Virus record (IMG/VR): IMGVR_UViG_3300029500_000006
Span: 1 to 37,549 of that record
DNA length: 37,549 bases
Strand: one strand, 5' to 3'
Source: a virus
A program made the position numbers and the translations under genes. The notes below the pieces were generated by a model. It searched no databases. It saw nothing but the letters and a program-made list of their open reading frames with translations, and was not told the origin of the DNA. Below, piece after piece: positions 25,432 through 34,493 of the stretch; position 1 is the first letter of the stretch, and every line of letters starts with the position of its first letter.

Positions 25432-25701
25432 ATGAAAATGCAAATGGAAAAAGCAAAGTTAAAGTACATAGAAGAGCAGTGCAACCGGATCGCTAATGGA
25501 ATGGAGCGGATCAGCGGATTTACAGGAAAAGGACAGCTGCATATATATGAACACGTAGACATCAGCAAGGGAATTGAGGTGATAGCTGCGGCGCTGCATC
25601 TTCCGGTAAAAATTCGCTGTGGAAGAGCTTGCTACTGGCGCACTGTGACCTATGGCGAAGTGACGTTTCAGCAGATGGGGTTCTATTCCACTATGTGTTG
25701 A
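25432..25701 (+). CDS. Hypothetical protein
   Basis: 89-aa ORF. The start could be ATG 25438 or 25444, given aggag at 25427-25431. Confidence 0.55.
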   Translation: MKMQMEKAKLKYIEEQCNRIANGMERISGFTGKGQLHIYEHVDISKGIEVIAAALHLPVKIRCGRACYWRTVTYGEVTFQQMGFYSTMC

Positions 25702-25713
25702 TAAAAAAAGAAT

Positions 25714-25843
25714 ATTCCACCGTCCTGCAGTCGGACGTTTGAACCCCAAACCCCTCAAATAATTATTGATAGTTAACTGCAGTAGACACCTTCTTACTTT
25801 GATTATAAATATACACAAACGTCCGACTGCAGGGCGGTGGAAT
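25714..25843. repeat. 28-bp inverted repeat (27 of 28 matches) with a 74-nt spacer; putative replication origin structure
   Basis: ATTCCACCGTCCTGCAGTCGGACGTTTG at 25714-25741 faces CAAACGTCCGACTGCAGGGCGGTGGAAT at 25816-25843. CTGCAGT recurs in the spacer. Confidence 0.9.
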
Positions 25844-25955
25844 CATATAGTCCGGCCAGGTTTTCCTGTCCGGACATTAAAAAACCTTTTTTCGGAATAT
25901 TTCAGAGTTACAACCGGTTTAAAGCCGGTATTCAGACTCGATAAAGATATTAAAG

Positions 25956-26753
25956 TTGGGACAAACAGCTATGATCAAGAGAAAAAAATACAACTTCCAG
26001 AAGGGAGACATAATCGATGTAGAAGAGTTCCATGATGGCAGGTATGGGGCACCCGGCGAGAAACGGCAGAAGAGAGTCAAGCCGACACAGGAACAGATTC
26101 GCATGGTCAATGCACAGAATAAAGCGAAGCGGTGCAGGCAGAAGATGCTAGCATATTTCAAGACAGGAGATATTTTGGCCACATGGACCTATGAGGTAGA
26201 AAATAGACCACCGACCATGCAGGATGCACTGAAAGATTTCAAGAAGGCAATGCGGTATGTGCGACGTGAATACAAGAAACGTGGTTATGAGGCGTTCTGG
26301 ATCCGGAACATCGAAAAAGGAACAAAGGGAGCCTGGCATATCCATCTGGTAATCAATGAGATCGGGGATACGGTCAGCATCATACAGAAAGCATGGACGA
26401 AGGGTGGCACCTGGTCCATAGAAATCAAACATAGCAAATACTATGATGAGGATTTCACAAAGTTAGCCAACTACATGACGAAAGATGAGCACACCACCGA
26501 AAAAAAGATAGATGGCACACGTGGAAAACCAAGAATAGCAGAAGCAAACTACAACACTAGCCGGAACATGCCGCTACCAGAGCCGAAGGTGGACAAGCTG
26601 CATAGATGGAAAGCTGAGCCGAAGCCGAAAAAAGGTTACTACATAGCACGGATCCATGAAGGCATCAATCCGGTTACGGGATATAAATACCGCAGATACA
26701 CAATGATTAGGTTGATACCGGAAAAAGTAAGAAGAGGAGTGAAGCGAGAATGA
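25956..26753 (+). CDS. rep: HUH rolling-circle replication initiator (Rep)
   Basis: Motif I-like ILATWTY, HUH motif AWHIHLVIN, and catalytic Tyr motif KLANYMTKDE. The RBS is weak, so the start is uncertain (alternative ATG 25971). Confidence 0.75.
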   Translation: MGQTAMIKRKKYNFQKGDIIDVEEFHDGRYGAPGEKRQKRVKPTQEQIRMVNAQNKAKRCRQKMLAYFKTGDILATWTYEVENRPPTMQDALKDFKKAMRYVRREYKKRGYEAFWIRNIEKGTKGAWHIHLVINEIGDTVSIIQKAWTKGGTWSIEIKHSKYYDEDFTKLANYMTKDEHTTEKKIDGTRGKPRIAEANYNTSRNMPLPEPKVDKLHRWKAEPKPKKGYYIARIHEGINPVTGYKYRRYTMIRLIPEKVRRGVKRE

Positions 26754-27217
26754 TGGGAGTAGACCTGTACATAGAAGTATCCAGTAAACGGATCAAACCG
26801 GGGAAAGCCAGTTTTTGTTATGTACTGGAATACATCTCGCCTGCAGGTAATACTTACACCAAGTCAGAAATTGGATGCATAGAAGCTTCCGGAAACCGTC
26901 TGGTATTGTCGGCGGTGATCCGGGCACTGGGGCACCTTAAACCTGGATGCGGTGTAGTGATCCACACAGATCTGCGTTATCTGGAGTCTGCCTTGATGCT
27001 TGGATGGATGCAGGAATGGAAAACGGATGGATGGACAAGATCTGATGGAAAAGAGATTAAGAACAGGGATTTGTGGGAACAGATTGAGCAGCAGACGAAA
27101 ATTCATAACCTGCAAGTGAAATATACATGTAAAAGTCCGTATACTGCCTGGATGCAAAATGAAATGAAAAAGACAGATCTTGAAATAGGGCAATACAAAG
27201 AAATCAAAGGACAGTAA
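26750..27217 (+). CDS. RNase H-like protein
   Basis: Alignable by eye to RNase HI: HTDLRY versus STDSQY, and GWTRSDGKEIKNRDLWEQI versus GWKTADKKPVKNVDLWQRL. Confidence 0.65.
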   Translation: MMGVDLYIEVSSKRIKPGKASFCYVLEYISPAGNTYTKSEIGCIEASGNRLVLSAVIRALGHLKPGCGVVIHTDLRYLESALMLGWMQEWKTDGWTRSDGKEIKNRDLWEQIEQQTKIHNLQVKYTCKSPYTAWMQNEMKKTDLEIGQYKEIKGQ

Positions 27218-27276
27218 AAGCCTGTCCGTAAGATAAAAATCAACGTTTGCGAGCATTTGAAAGGAGAAAAAGAAAC

Positions 27277-27705
27277 ATGAATAAAGTCATTTTAATGGGG
27301 AGGTTGACCAGAGATCCGGATATTCGGTACACACAGTCGAACTCCGCGCAGGAGCAGACATGCATTGCACGTTATTCGCTGGCAGTAAACAGGAGATTCA
27401 ACCGTGATGGGGAACAAAAGGCTGACTTTATCAGCTGTGTAGCATTTGGCCACCAGGCAGAGTTTACAGAAAAATATCTGCGCAAGGGAACCAAGATTGC
27501 CCTCACAGGCAGAATTCAGACAGGCAGCTATACCAACCGTGATGGACAGAAAGTTTACACCACGGACGTAGTTGTTGAGGAGCAGGAGTTCGCGGAGAGC
27601 AAAGCAGCAGGACAGAACACGCAGCAGAATCCGGCTCCAATGGCCAGAGAGGACGGATTTATGGAAATCCCGGATGGGCTGGAAGAGGAGCTGCCGTTTA
27701 GCTGA
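27277..27705 (+). CDS. ssb: Single-stranded DNA-binding protein
   Basis: MNKVILMGRLTRDPDIRYT plus an OB-fold pattern and an acidic tail EEELPFS. RBS aaaggag. Confidence 0.92.
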   Translation: MNKVILMGRLTRDPDIRYTQSNSAQEQTCIARYSLAVNRRFNRDGEQKADFISCVAFGHQAEFTEKYLRKGTKIALTGRIQTGSYTNRDGQKVYTTDVVVEEQEFAESKAAGQNTQQNPAPMAREDGFMEIPDGLEEELPFS

Positions 27706-28121
27706 TGAGTAAAAGCATCGTACAACGGGAGAAAGAGTGCTATATCTGCAGATACCTGGCTGGTGAACAGGGATATTACGGAGAACTGCCATCTACAGGG
27801 CTGCACAGACACCACATTATGTTTGGAACCGCGAATCGTAAGAAATCAGAGCGTTACGGCCTGTGGATATATCTATGTGTGGCGCACCACGAATATGGAC
27901 CAGATGCAGTTCATTCTAACCGGGACGTGCGGATCTTCCTGTGCCAGATCGGGCAGCAGGCATTCGAACACAAATATTCCCACGAAAAATACATGCAGGA
28001 GTTTGGCCGGGACTGGATGTGCGAAGAACTTTCTGGAAAATGGAAGCAGGAGAGCACTGAAGAACACGAAGAGGGCAGTATAGAGTTCCTGGATATCAAC
28101 CTGGGAGAACTGCCATTTTGA
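27705..28121 (+). CDS. HNH-type (NinG/DUF968-like) nuclease
   Basis: CYIC ... GLHRHHIMFGTANRKKSE ... LCVAHHEYGPDAVH, a Cys/His metal-binding pattern. Confidence 0.6.
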   Translation: MSKSIVQREKECYICRYLAGEQGYYGELPSTGLHRHHIMFGTANRKKSERYGLWIYLCVAHHEYGPDAVHSNRDVRIFLCQIGQQAFEHKYSHEKYMQEFGRDWMCEELSGKWKQESTEEHEEGSIEFLDINLGELPF

Positions 28122-28132
28122 AAGGAGACACA

Positions 28133-28360
28133 ATGTTCAAGGTAGGACAGAGATATAGAATTTATAAAACAGGAGCCTTAGAGTTAAAGGATAAAAAGTG
28201 GATAAATGCCGTAGTGGAGCATATCCCGGAGCATGAAAGGTTCGTCAGATTCCGGCTGCATTTTGTGAACATGTTCGGTGATCACACAAGCTATGTGGAA
28301 TCATTTTCAATGAATGAGCTGGCACACATGGCTAAAAGCGGCGAACTGGTAAGAAGATAA
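28133..28360 (+). CDS. Hypothetical protein
   Basis: RBS aaaggag before ATG 28133. Confidence 0.6.
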   Translation: MFKVGQRYRIYKTGALELKDKKWINAVVEHIPEHERFVRFRLHFVNMFGDHTSYVESFSMNELAHMAKSGELVRR

Positions 28361-28379
28361 GGACAGGAGATATAGACAG

Positions 28380-28673
28380 ATGGAATATGACGTGGAAAAC
28401 GAAGCTGAATGCAGACAGGCGTTACAACGATTCTATGAGGAATATGATGCGGTGCGCCGAAAATATGGACTGACGATGTCGGCCCACGCATCCGTTTTTG
28501 ATGATTGCCGGATTCACATCTGGCAGGGTAGCGGAATCAAGAAACGAATGATCATCAAAGTAGAGAATGAATCGGAGACGCAGTGCTACTGTGTGGCAAC
28601 AGAAGCTCTGATCAGTTGGGTGGCAAACAAAGAAGCTTGTCAGAATGGCAGAGAGGAGATAAACAATGTTTGA
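28380..28673 (+). CDS. Hypothetical protein
   Basis: 97-aa ORF with RBS caggag. Confidence 0.6.
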   Translation: MEYDVENEAECRQALQRFYEEYDAVRRKYGLTMSAHASVFDDCRIHIWQGSGIKKRMIIKVENESETQCYCVATEALISWVANKEACQNGREEINNV

Positions 28674-29160
28674 TAAATTCGGAGAGATGGATTCGTTTGG
28701 GGAAATCAATGAACTCGCAGACAACCTGTTCAATGAGGGCGATACAGCATCGATCAAAACTATGGCCAAGGAGAATGGCATCGATAAAGAATACGTGGAC
28801 ATGTATCTGGCTGGCGATATCCCGGTGCTGTGCGATGCCATGACGGCGGCACTGGGAAAGATCGATGTAGAAGCGGCAGATCTGAAACCAAAAGAGATTA
28901 TGGAGGACTGGGTAGAGTACCTGAGAGGTCAGTGCGCGGAGAATGAGATACTGGCTTTCAATATCCGGAAAAAAGGAAAAACGCTCAAAGGGTGCATTGC
29001 AGCACTTCTGTCATGGTCATTCAAAAATCAGCAGGCCATAGATAAGGACATCATAAAGGCAGCAGGCGTATCTGCCGGTAAGGTCACTTTAGGAATTCCT
29101 GGGATGGCCAGAGCGAAGCAGATCATCACGGATTACTACATGGGAGGCGAGAAGAAGTGA
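28666..29160 (+). CDS. PcfK-like protein (the family that includes AcrIIA9-type Cas9 inhibitors)
   Basis: 164 aa with LKGCIAALLSWSFKNQ and LGIPGMARAKQIITDYY. It pairs with a PcfJ-like gene downstream. The family call is from memory. Confidence 0.55.
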   Translation: MFDKFGEMDSFGEINELADNLFNEGDTASIKTMAKENGIDKEYVDMYLAGDIPVLCDAMTAALGKIDVEAADLKPKEIMEDWVEYLRGQCAENEILAFNIRKKGKTLKGCIAALLSWSFKNQQAIDKDIIKAAGVSAGKVTLGIPGMARAKQIITDYYMGGEKK

Positions 29161-31088
29161 GAGCGGCAAAATTCTTAAAATGTGAACCATGTGGTACATC
29201 GGGGAATACGGGAAGGGGCAAAATAACCGCTGTAAGTCAGATTCTGGAAGTAAATGGAGAGCAGGCGATAGAAATCAGTCTGTTTCATAAAGGAGTTTTG
29301 AAAGGCAGGTATTTCGCAAACGAAGATGGTTATAATGCTTGGATCAATGGAACATGGCGCATCTGCAAACTGAACAATGCAGCCAGAGTGTGTATGGGAA
29401 AGGAACCGGTAAAAAGCTATTATTGCGATTTTGATGATTGTATCGCATGGGAATCCATCGAGGATAAACAGAGAGCGGTGGATTTCCTGGATACATGGAG
29501 AATAGGTGCTTATGAGGACGAAATAAATGAAGCGAACAGGCAAAAAGCAATGGAGCGGAAAGTGGACCGGATTAATGATATGATGGCAGAAATTCCATGC
29601 GTACCGGATAAAGTAGAGGATTGGTTGGAGCAGAAGATTTTTCCGGGGCACATTCTCTTTGTAAAAAAAGAGAAAAAGAGAACTACATATAGCTGTACTG
29701 CCTGTGGATGCAGTAGTTGGAGAAAGAAAGGATGGAAACACGGAGAAAAAACAACCTGTCCGAAATGCGGTCGGCCGGTAACGGCAAATAGCAGACAACA
29801 GGAGAAAGTAAGAAAGGCACCAGTTATCCTATTGCAGCAGTATGGAGAAAAGTGGGTAGAACGTCAGTTTAAAACAATCTGCAGATGGAGCGCAGGGAAA
29901 AAAGAAATCCAGATGTTTGAGGAAATCCGGGCAATTATCCCTAAAGGCAAAGATTGGGGAAAAGTCTGGTACGGAACACGAATAGAGGCAGATGAGTTCG
30001 AACAGGATTTCTGGGACAGAAATCAGCAGAACAAAAGGTTTGTACCATCGTATCTGTATCCTGACAATCTGCAGGAAGTCTTGCCATGTGGAAATCTGGA
30101 ACGGAGCGGAATTGACGCACTGGCCAATAGCGGAACGAAATTTAACGTCAACAAATTTATTACATCATTCCGGGCAAGACCATATTTCGAATACATAGCA
30201 AAAGCCGGGTTGTACAGATTAATAGCAGATATTGTAGACCAATACGGTTGGTGGGGCGAACCAAGTTGCATGTGTACACACGAAAAAAAACTGAAAGATG
30301 CATTGCAGCTGGATGGAAACAGAACGAACCGGATGAAACAGATAGACGGCAACTTATATACATTAAATTGGCTGCAATATGAGCAGATGAAGGGGATAAA
30401 AATTTCTCAGGAAGCCTTACAGTATTTGACTGATAAAAAAATGAGTGTCGGTGAATGCAAGGATATTTTAAAAGAACTGAAAAGTGTAAACCGAATGGTC
30501 AATTACATGAAAAAACAGAAGATATCTCCAAAGAATCTGACTACCACATGGACGGACTATCTAGCGATGGCTAAAGCTGAAGGATACGACACAAAGGACG
30601 ATATCGTAAGATTGCCAAAGGATTTAAAAGCCAGACATGATGAGCTGGTTGAATTAAGGAATCAGCGCGCAAACAAAGAACGGTTGAAAGGATACACTAA
30701 ACTGGATCAGCAAATCCAAGAACGGTTACCAGAGGTGCAGAAATATTTCTGGGAAGATAAAACGTACATGATCATTCCAGCAGGAAACTGTGAGGAACTG
30801 ATGACAGAGGGACAGACGTTACACCACTGCGTAGGCAGCAGTGATCAATACATGAAGAAAATGGCAGCAGGAGAAACATGGATCTTGTTTCTTCGAAAAA
30901 AGGAAGATCTGGAAAAAGCGTATTATACCGTGGAAATAAACATGAAAGATGACCGGATCATTCAATATTATTCCGCATTCGACCGACAGCCAGATAAAGA
31001 AACCATCAGTGAGGTGTTAAAAAGATTCAAACAGAGCATAAAAGCCAAACGAGTACGAATCACAGTACCAGTGACAAACATAGCGTAA
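29157..31088 (+). CDS. PcfJ-like protein with an internal zinc ribbon
   Basis: 643 aa with CTACGC-x16-CPKCG and a C-terminal LHHCVGSSDQYMKKMAAGETWILFLR. GTG start. Confidence 0.65.
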   Translation: MRAAKFLKCEPCGTSGNTGRGKITAVSQILEVNGEQAIEISLFHKGVLKGRYFANEDGYNAWINGTWRICKLNNAARVCMGKEPVKSYYCDFDDCIAWESIEDKQRAVDFLDTWRIGAYEDEINEANRQKAMERKVDRINDMMAEIPCVPDKVEDWLEQKIFPGHILFVKKEKKRTTYSCTACGCSSWRKKGWKHGEKTTCPKCGRPVTANSRQQEKVRKAPVILLQQYGEKWVERQFKTICRWSAGKKEIQMFEEIRAIIPKGKDWGKVWYGTRIEADEFEQDFWDRNQQNKRFVPSYLYPDNLQEVLPCGNLERSGIDALANSGTKFNVNKFITSFRARPYFEYIAKAGLYRLIADIVDQYGWWGEPSCMCTHEKKLKDALQLDGNRTNRMKQIDGNLYTLNWLQYEQMKGIKISQEALQYLTDKKMSVGECKDILKELKSVNRMVNYMKKQKISPKNLTTTWTDYLAMAKAEGYDTKDDIVRLPKDLKARHDELVELRNQRANKERLKGYTKLDQQIQERLPEVQKYFWEDKTYMIIPAGNCEELMTEGQTLHHCVGSSDQYMKKMAAGETWILFLRKKEDLEKAYYTVEINMKDDRIIQYYSAFDRQPDKETISEVLKRFKQSIKAKRVRITVPVTNIA

Positions 31089-31097
31089 GGAGCTGAT

Positions 31098-31445
31098 ATG
31101 GTAGAGGATTACAGAATCAAATATCATACTGGAAGAGCGGAGCTGACAGGGCAATATACGGTAAATCGAAGAGGCAATACAAAAGCAATCACCAAATATG
31201 TAGAACGCTATGCAACACCGATGGGAGCGTTTCTCCCGGAGATTTGGAGAGAAAAAGCAAAAGAAGAGATAAAGGCCGCTGGGGAGATAGAACTTTTAGA
31301 ACAGGTTAAGGAGCACTGTAGAAATCATTGTGCTTGGCTTAAAAAAGAAAACGAGCTGGAAGACTATGCTATTAGCTGCGTGTGCAATAGATCATACAGG
31401 GCTTGGAAAGATTTTGAGTACGAAGAAACAATAATTTGGATGTAG
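31098..31445 (+). CDS. Hypothetical protein
   Basis: 115-aa ORF with RBS aaggag. Confidence 0.6.
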   Translation: MVEDYRIKYHTGRAELTGQYTVNRRGNTKAITKYVERYATPMGAFLPEIWREKAKEEIKAAGEIELLEQVKEHCRNHCAWLKKENELEDYAISCVCNRSYRAWKDFEYEETIIWM

Positions 31446-31454
31446 GAGGCAATT

Positions 31455-32744
31455 ATGGAATATGTGCAAATGACACTGGATGACTGGGTGCAGATAAAAC
31501 AGAAATTAAAACAAGAGCTTTTAGGAGTTAAGCAGAGCTTCGTCCGAATCGGATACGCACTCAGACAGATTGATGATCAGAAACTCTATGAGCGGGATGG
31601 CTATAAAAGCGTGGCAGAATTCGCCAAGGCTGAATATGGACTGGAACCATCAACTACAAGCCGTTTTATGAGCATTAACAGGGAGTATTCGATTGACGGA
31701 TACTCCGAACGACTCCGGCCGGAATATGCAGAACTCGGACGCAGCCAGTTAGAAGAGATGCTGAAACTTCCGGACAGCGACAGGCAGATGATCCAGCCGG
31801 AGGCATCCAGAGAGGATATCCGGGAGCTGAAACGGTTTAACAAGACTGAGCCGGAGACAGGAGAAGCCGATGATATTCAACAGCTGGTAGAGAAATTCTA
31901 TCAGGATCATATGGATGTACTCAATACGGTGTTTAGTGAAGTAACAGAGTTCGGCAAACCAACAGCAGAGCGATTCAAGGAAATTGTAAATCCAGGTGGA
32001 AACCGGTCATATAAAAAAGGGCTTTTTTTTCTGATGATGTACGAAAATCGCGTATCAGTGAAAAGATTTGGCAGTCCACCACAAGATATGACTTGGGAAG
32101 AATTCTATCAAATGACGATGGATATCTTCGGAGCGTCGGCAGCAGGACCTAAGACTTGGCAGAACTATTTCGGTACCGAGGAAGAAATTCCGGAAAGGAC
32201 AGAGCCGGAAGAACAACCGGAGCAGGTTGAACTGAAAGAAGTCGCGTCAGCCGAACCGGAGAAAAGAAAGGCAGAAGAGGATATAGCGCAGCAGGAGTAT
32301 AGCCAGCCGCAGGAGAAAATGACTGGTACAGCAGATAAAAATGTGGTTGAGCAGGAAGAACCGGAGCTATTTGAAAAAGAAAATGAGCCGGAAGAAAAAC
32401 CTTGGAGTAAACCAGTAAAAACAGAAATTGCGCCGGCGCAAAAATCAGAAGAAATACAGGAAAATGAAGGCATGGACGAGCCTATCAGTGAAGACTATGA
32501 AGTGAAAAATGAAAAGCTGGAAGCAGAAAAAACTGAGGCAGAGATTATAGAACCACCATACGAGACAAGAAAAGAGTATATGGATAGCCTGAGCACCTAT
32601 GAACTGGCTGGATATCTGGCAGACGAATATAGAATCCAGTGTAAAAAGGAAATGGATCTGGGGCAGCAGGAGAAGGTATACGAATGGCTGAAGCAGAGAG
32701 TAGATGGATATGGAAAGGCGGTGGAAGAAAATGAAGAAGACTGA
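31455..32744 (+). CDS. Putative DNA-binding protein with a long acidic low-complexity region
   Basis: 429 aa. The N-terminal 130 aa look HTH-like (GYKSVAEFAKAEYGLEPSTTSRFMSI). Residues of about 235-370 are E/P/Q-rich. RBS aggagg. Confidence 0.6.
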   Translation: MEYVQMTLDDWVQIKQKLKQELLGVKQSFVRIGYALRQIDDQKLYERDGYKSVAEFAKAEYGLEPSTTSRFMSINREYSIDGYSERLRPEYAELGRSQLEEMLKLPDSDRQMIQPEASREDIRELKRFNKTEPETGEADDIQQLVEKFYQDHMDVLNTVFSEVTEFGKPTAERFKEIVNPGGNRSYKKGLFFLMMYENRVSVKRFGSPPQDMTWEEFYQMTMDIFGASAAGPKTWQNYFGTEEEIPERTEPEEQPEQVELKEVASAEPEKRKAEEDIAQQEYSQPQEKMTGTADKNVVEQEEPELFEKENEPEEKPWSKPVKTEIAPAQKSEEIQENEGMDEPISEDYEVKNEKLEAEKTEAEIIEPPYETRKEYMDSLSTYELAGYLADEYRIQCKKEMDLGQQEKVYEWLKQRVDGYGKAVEENEED

Positions 32745-32958
32745 TAAACAGTTGCAGCAGGAAGTGACAGAGATCAGACGGTTTATAGATGGAGATTCCA
32801 AGCAGACAGCAAAGAAAGTGACCCCTATCGCATATAATGCGACAATTGGAACGATGATAGGCTACTGCCCAGTGTGCGAAACAATTCCATTACGGGAATG
32901 TGATTGCGCATATTGCCCGAACTGCGGGCAGAAATTAGATTGGAATGAAATGGAATGA
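32731..32958 (+). CDS. Small zinc-ribbon protein
   Basis: CPVC-x11-CAYCPNCG. The start is trimmed to ATG 32731. Confidence 0.55.
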   Translation: MKKTDKQLQQEVTEIRRFIDGDSKQTAKKVTPIAYNATIGTMIGYCPVCETIPLRECDCAYCPNCGQKLDWNEME

Positions 32959-33299
32959 GGTTAATTGACACAGATAAGCTATTGGCTCATTTGAACGACT
33001 GTGCATTGTCAGCATCACCAGGTGGTGGAAGTCTTAAAGACCAGATGATTGCAAAGGTGGAATATGATACTATCCAGAACTGCATGAAAGCAGTGGAAGA
33101 GCAGTCGACAGCTTATGATGTGGAAAATATGATAAGCGAAGTGGAGGTAAAGATGAAGGCTATGTGGTACTTTTTAGACTGCCATTCAGCACAATGCGAT
33201 AATGAGAGTGGTGGAGATTGCAGTTATTGTAAAAAAGATTTCTACGATGAGATTGATAAAATCGTTGAACAGTTAAAGAATGAGTTGAGCAATCATTGA
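32955..33299 (+). CDS. Hypothetical protein
   Basis: 114-aa ORF with ATGA coupling to the preceding gene. Confidence 0.6.
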   Translation: MRLIDTDKLLAHLNDCALSASPGGGSLKDQMIAKVEYDTIQNCMKAVEEQSTAYDVENMISEVEVKMKAMWYFLDCHSAQCDNESGGDCSYCKKDFYDEIDKIVEQLKNELSNH

Positions 33300-33422
33300 C
33301 AATTCTTGATTACCTTGCAGCAGTCGGCGGTAATCCGGAATGGAGCCTGTCATATCTGATATGGCAGCAGATACAACAAAGCGGTAGCAGGGCAACGCTG
33401 CAGGAGAGGAATAAGGGAGGCG

Positions 33423-33842
33423 ATGCCGTTGGAGAAAATGACAAAGGAAAGACTGAAAGCGTATCGGAGCAATAAAGCGGAGATACTGGAACTGGACTAT
33501 ACGTTGCAGAACCGCTGGAAGTCAGATACGATGATCGGGAATGATGTAATATTTGATTACAGCAAAGGTTATCCGATGCCACAATGTGTGGTTGGGTTTG
33601 ACCAGGAGAAATACGAGCGATTGCAGGATCGTGATCTGAAGCGGAAGAAAGCACTGGAGCAGGAGTGTAAAGCGGTGGAGCAGTTTGTGGATGCAATACC
33701 GGATAGTCTGGCACACCGTATCTTCCGGAAGCTGTTTATCGATGGTAGGAAGCCGGTGACACAGGAGCAGGTTGCAAAGAGTGTGCATTTGGATCAGAGC
33801 AGAATCAGTAGAAAAATTGATGATATTCTGAAAAACGCATAA
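33423..33842 (+). CDS. Sigma-70 region-4-like late transcription regulator
   Basis: 139 aa with a C-terminal HTH (TQEQVAKSVHLDQSRISRKI). It occupies the last early position before the packaging/structural genes. RBS gggagg. Confidence 0.65.
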   Translation: MPLEKMTKERLKAYRSNKAEILELDYTLQNRWKSDTMIGNDVIFDYSKGYPMPQCVVGFDQEKYERLQDRDLKRKKALEQECKAVEQFVDAIPDSLAHRIFRKLFIDGRKPVTQEQVAKSVHLDQSRISRKIDDILKNA

Positions 33843-33962
33843 AATGCATAAAAAACATATATATAATAATACTTGAGCCAAAGGCGGAAACCAGCGGCTC
33901 GATTTCTCCCCTATGAGAATAAACCGACTTAAAAGGCATTTGGAAACGGATGTCTTTTTCGT

Positions 33963-33991
33963 TTGCATATTAGTTCGGAATGGAATATTAT
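33963..33991 (+). promoter_or_regulatory. Promoter, TTGCAT-17-TATTAT, for the two-gene cassette
   Basis: TTGCAT at 33963-33968 and TATTAT at 33986-33991. Confidence 0.5.
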
Positions 33992-34031
33992 AAAAGTAGG
34001 TTTATTTTGATATGACAGGGAGATACATAAG

Positions 34032-34484
34032 ATGATAGAGAACAAGAATTTATTATTGTATAGTGCAGAAAAGTCTGTGAATGCTATATTTAAAGCAGGG
34101 GCAGAAAATGCAGATACAGAAGATGTTTATTTCGTTGTTGGAACAGCAATACATTGGATGTCAGATTGCATTGATCGTATTCCAATTGCCCAAATAAAAG
34201 AGGAGCATAAAAAATTATTTTCAGCATTGCGGTTTGCAAATAATTGTTTGAAGCATAATATAACATTTGAAAATGCACATAAAGTGAAAAGGTTTGGTTA
34301 TCCTTATGATTATGCATATGATTATGGAACACATTATAACTGGATATCATTAGAACAAGTGAAAATAAGTGAAAAAAGTGAAAACCAACGGAAAAATTAT
34401 AAAAGTGAATTGGAAGGAAAAAATATTGCAATTACATTGTTGGAAATACTAAATATTGTAAAAGAATATTATGATATGGTTTAG
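34032..34484 (+). CDS. Hypothetical 150-aa protein (AT-rich cassette, gene 1)
   Basis: RBS gggag. It contains GYPYDYAYDYG. I recognise no family. Confidence 0.65.
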   Translation: MIENKNLLLYSAEKSVNAIFKAGAENADTEDVYFVVGTAIHWMSDCIDRIPIAQIKEEHKKLFSALRFANNCLKHNITFENAHKVKRFGYPYDYAYDYGTHYNWISLEQVKISEKSENQRKNYKSELEGKNIAITLLEILNIVKEYYDMV

Positions 34485-34493
34485 GGAGTTTTT

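Noticed and set aside
25714-25843. A MITE or IS-derived element, read as a 130-bp unit with 28-bp terminal inverted repeats.
   Set aside because: I see no target-site duplication at the flanks (agaat versus catat) and no transposase. The position directly upstream of an HUH Rep favours an origin structure. A MITE is not fully excluded.
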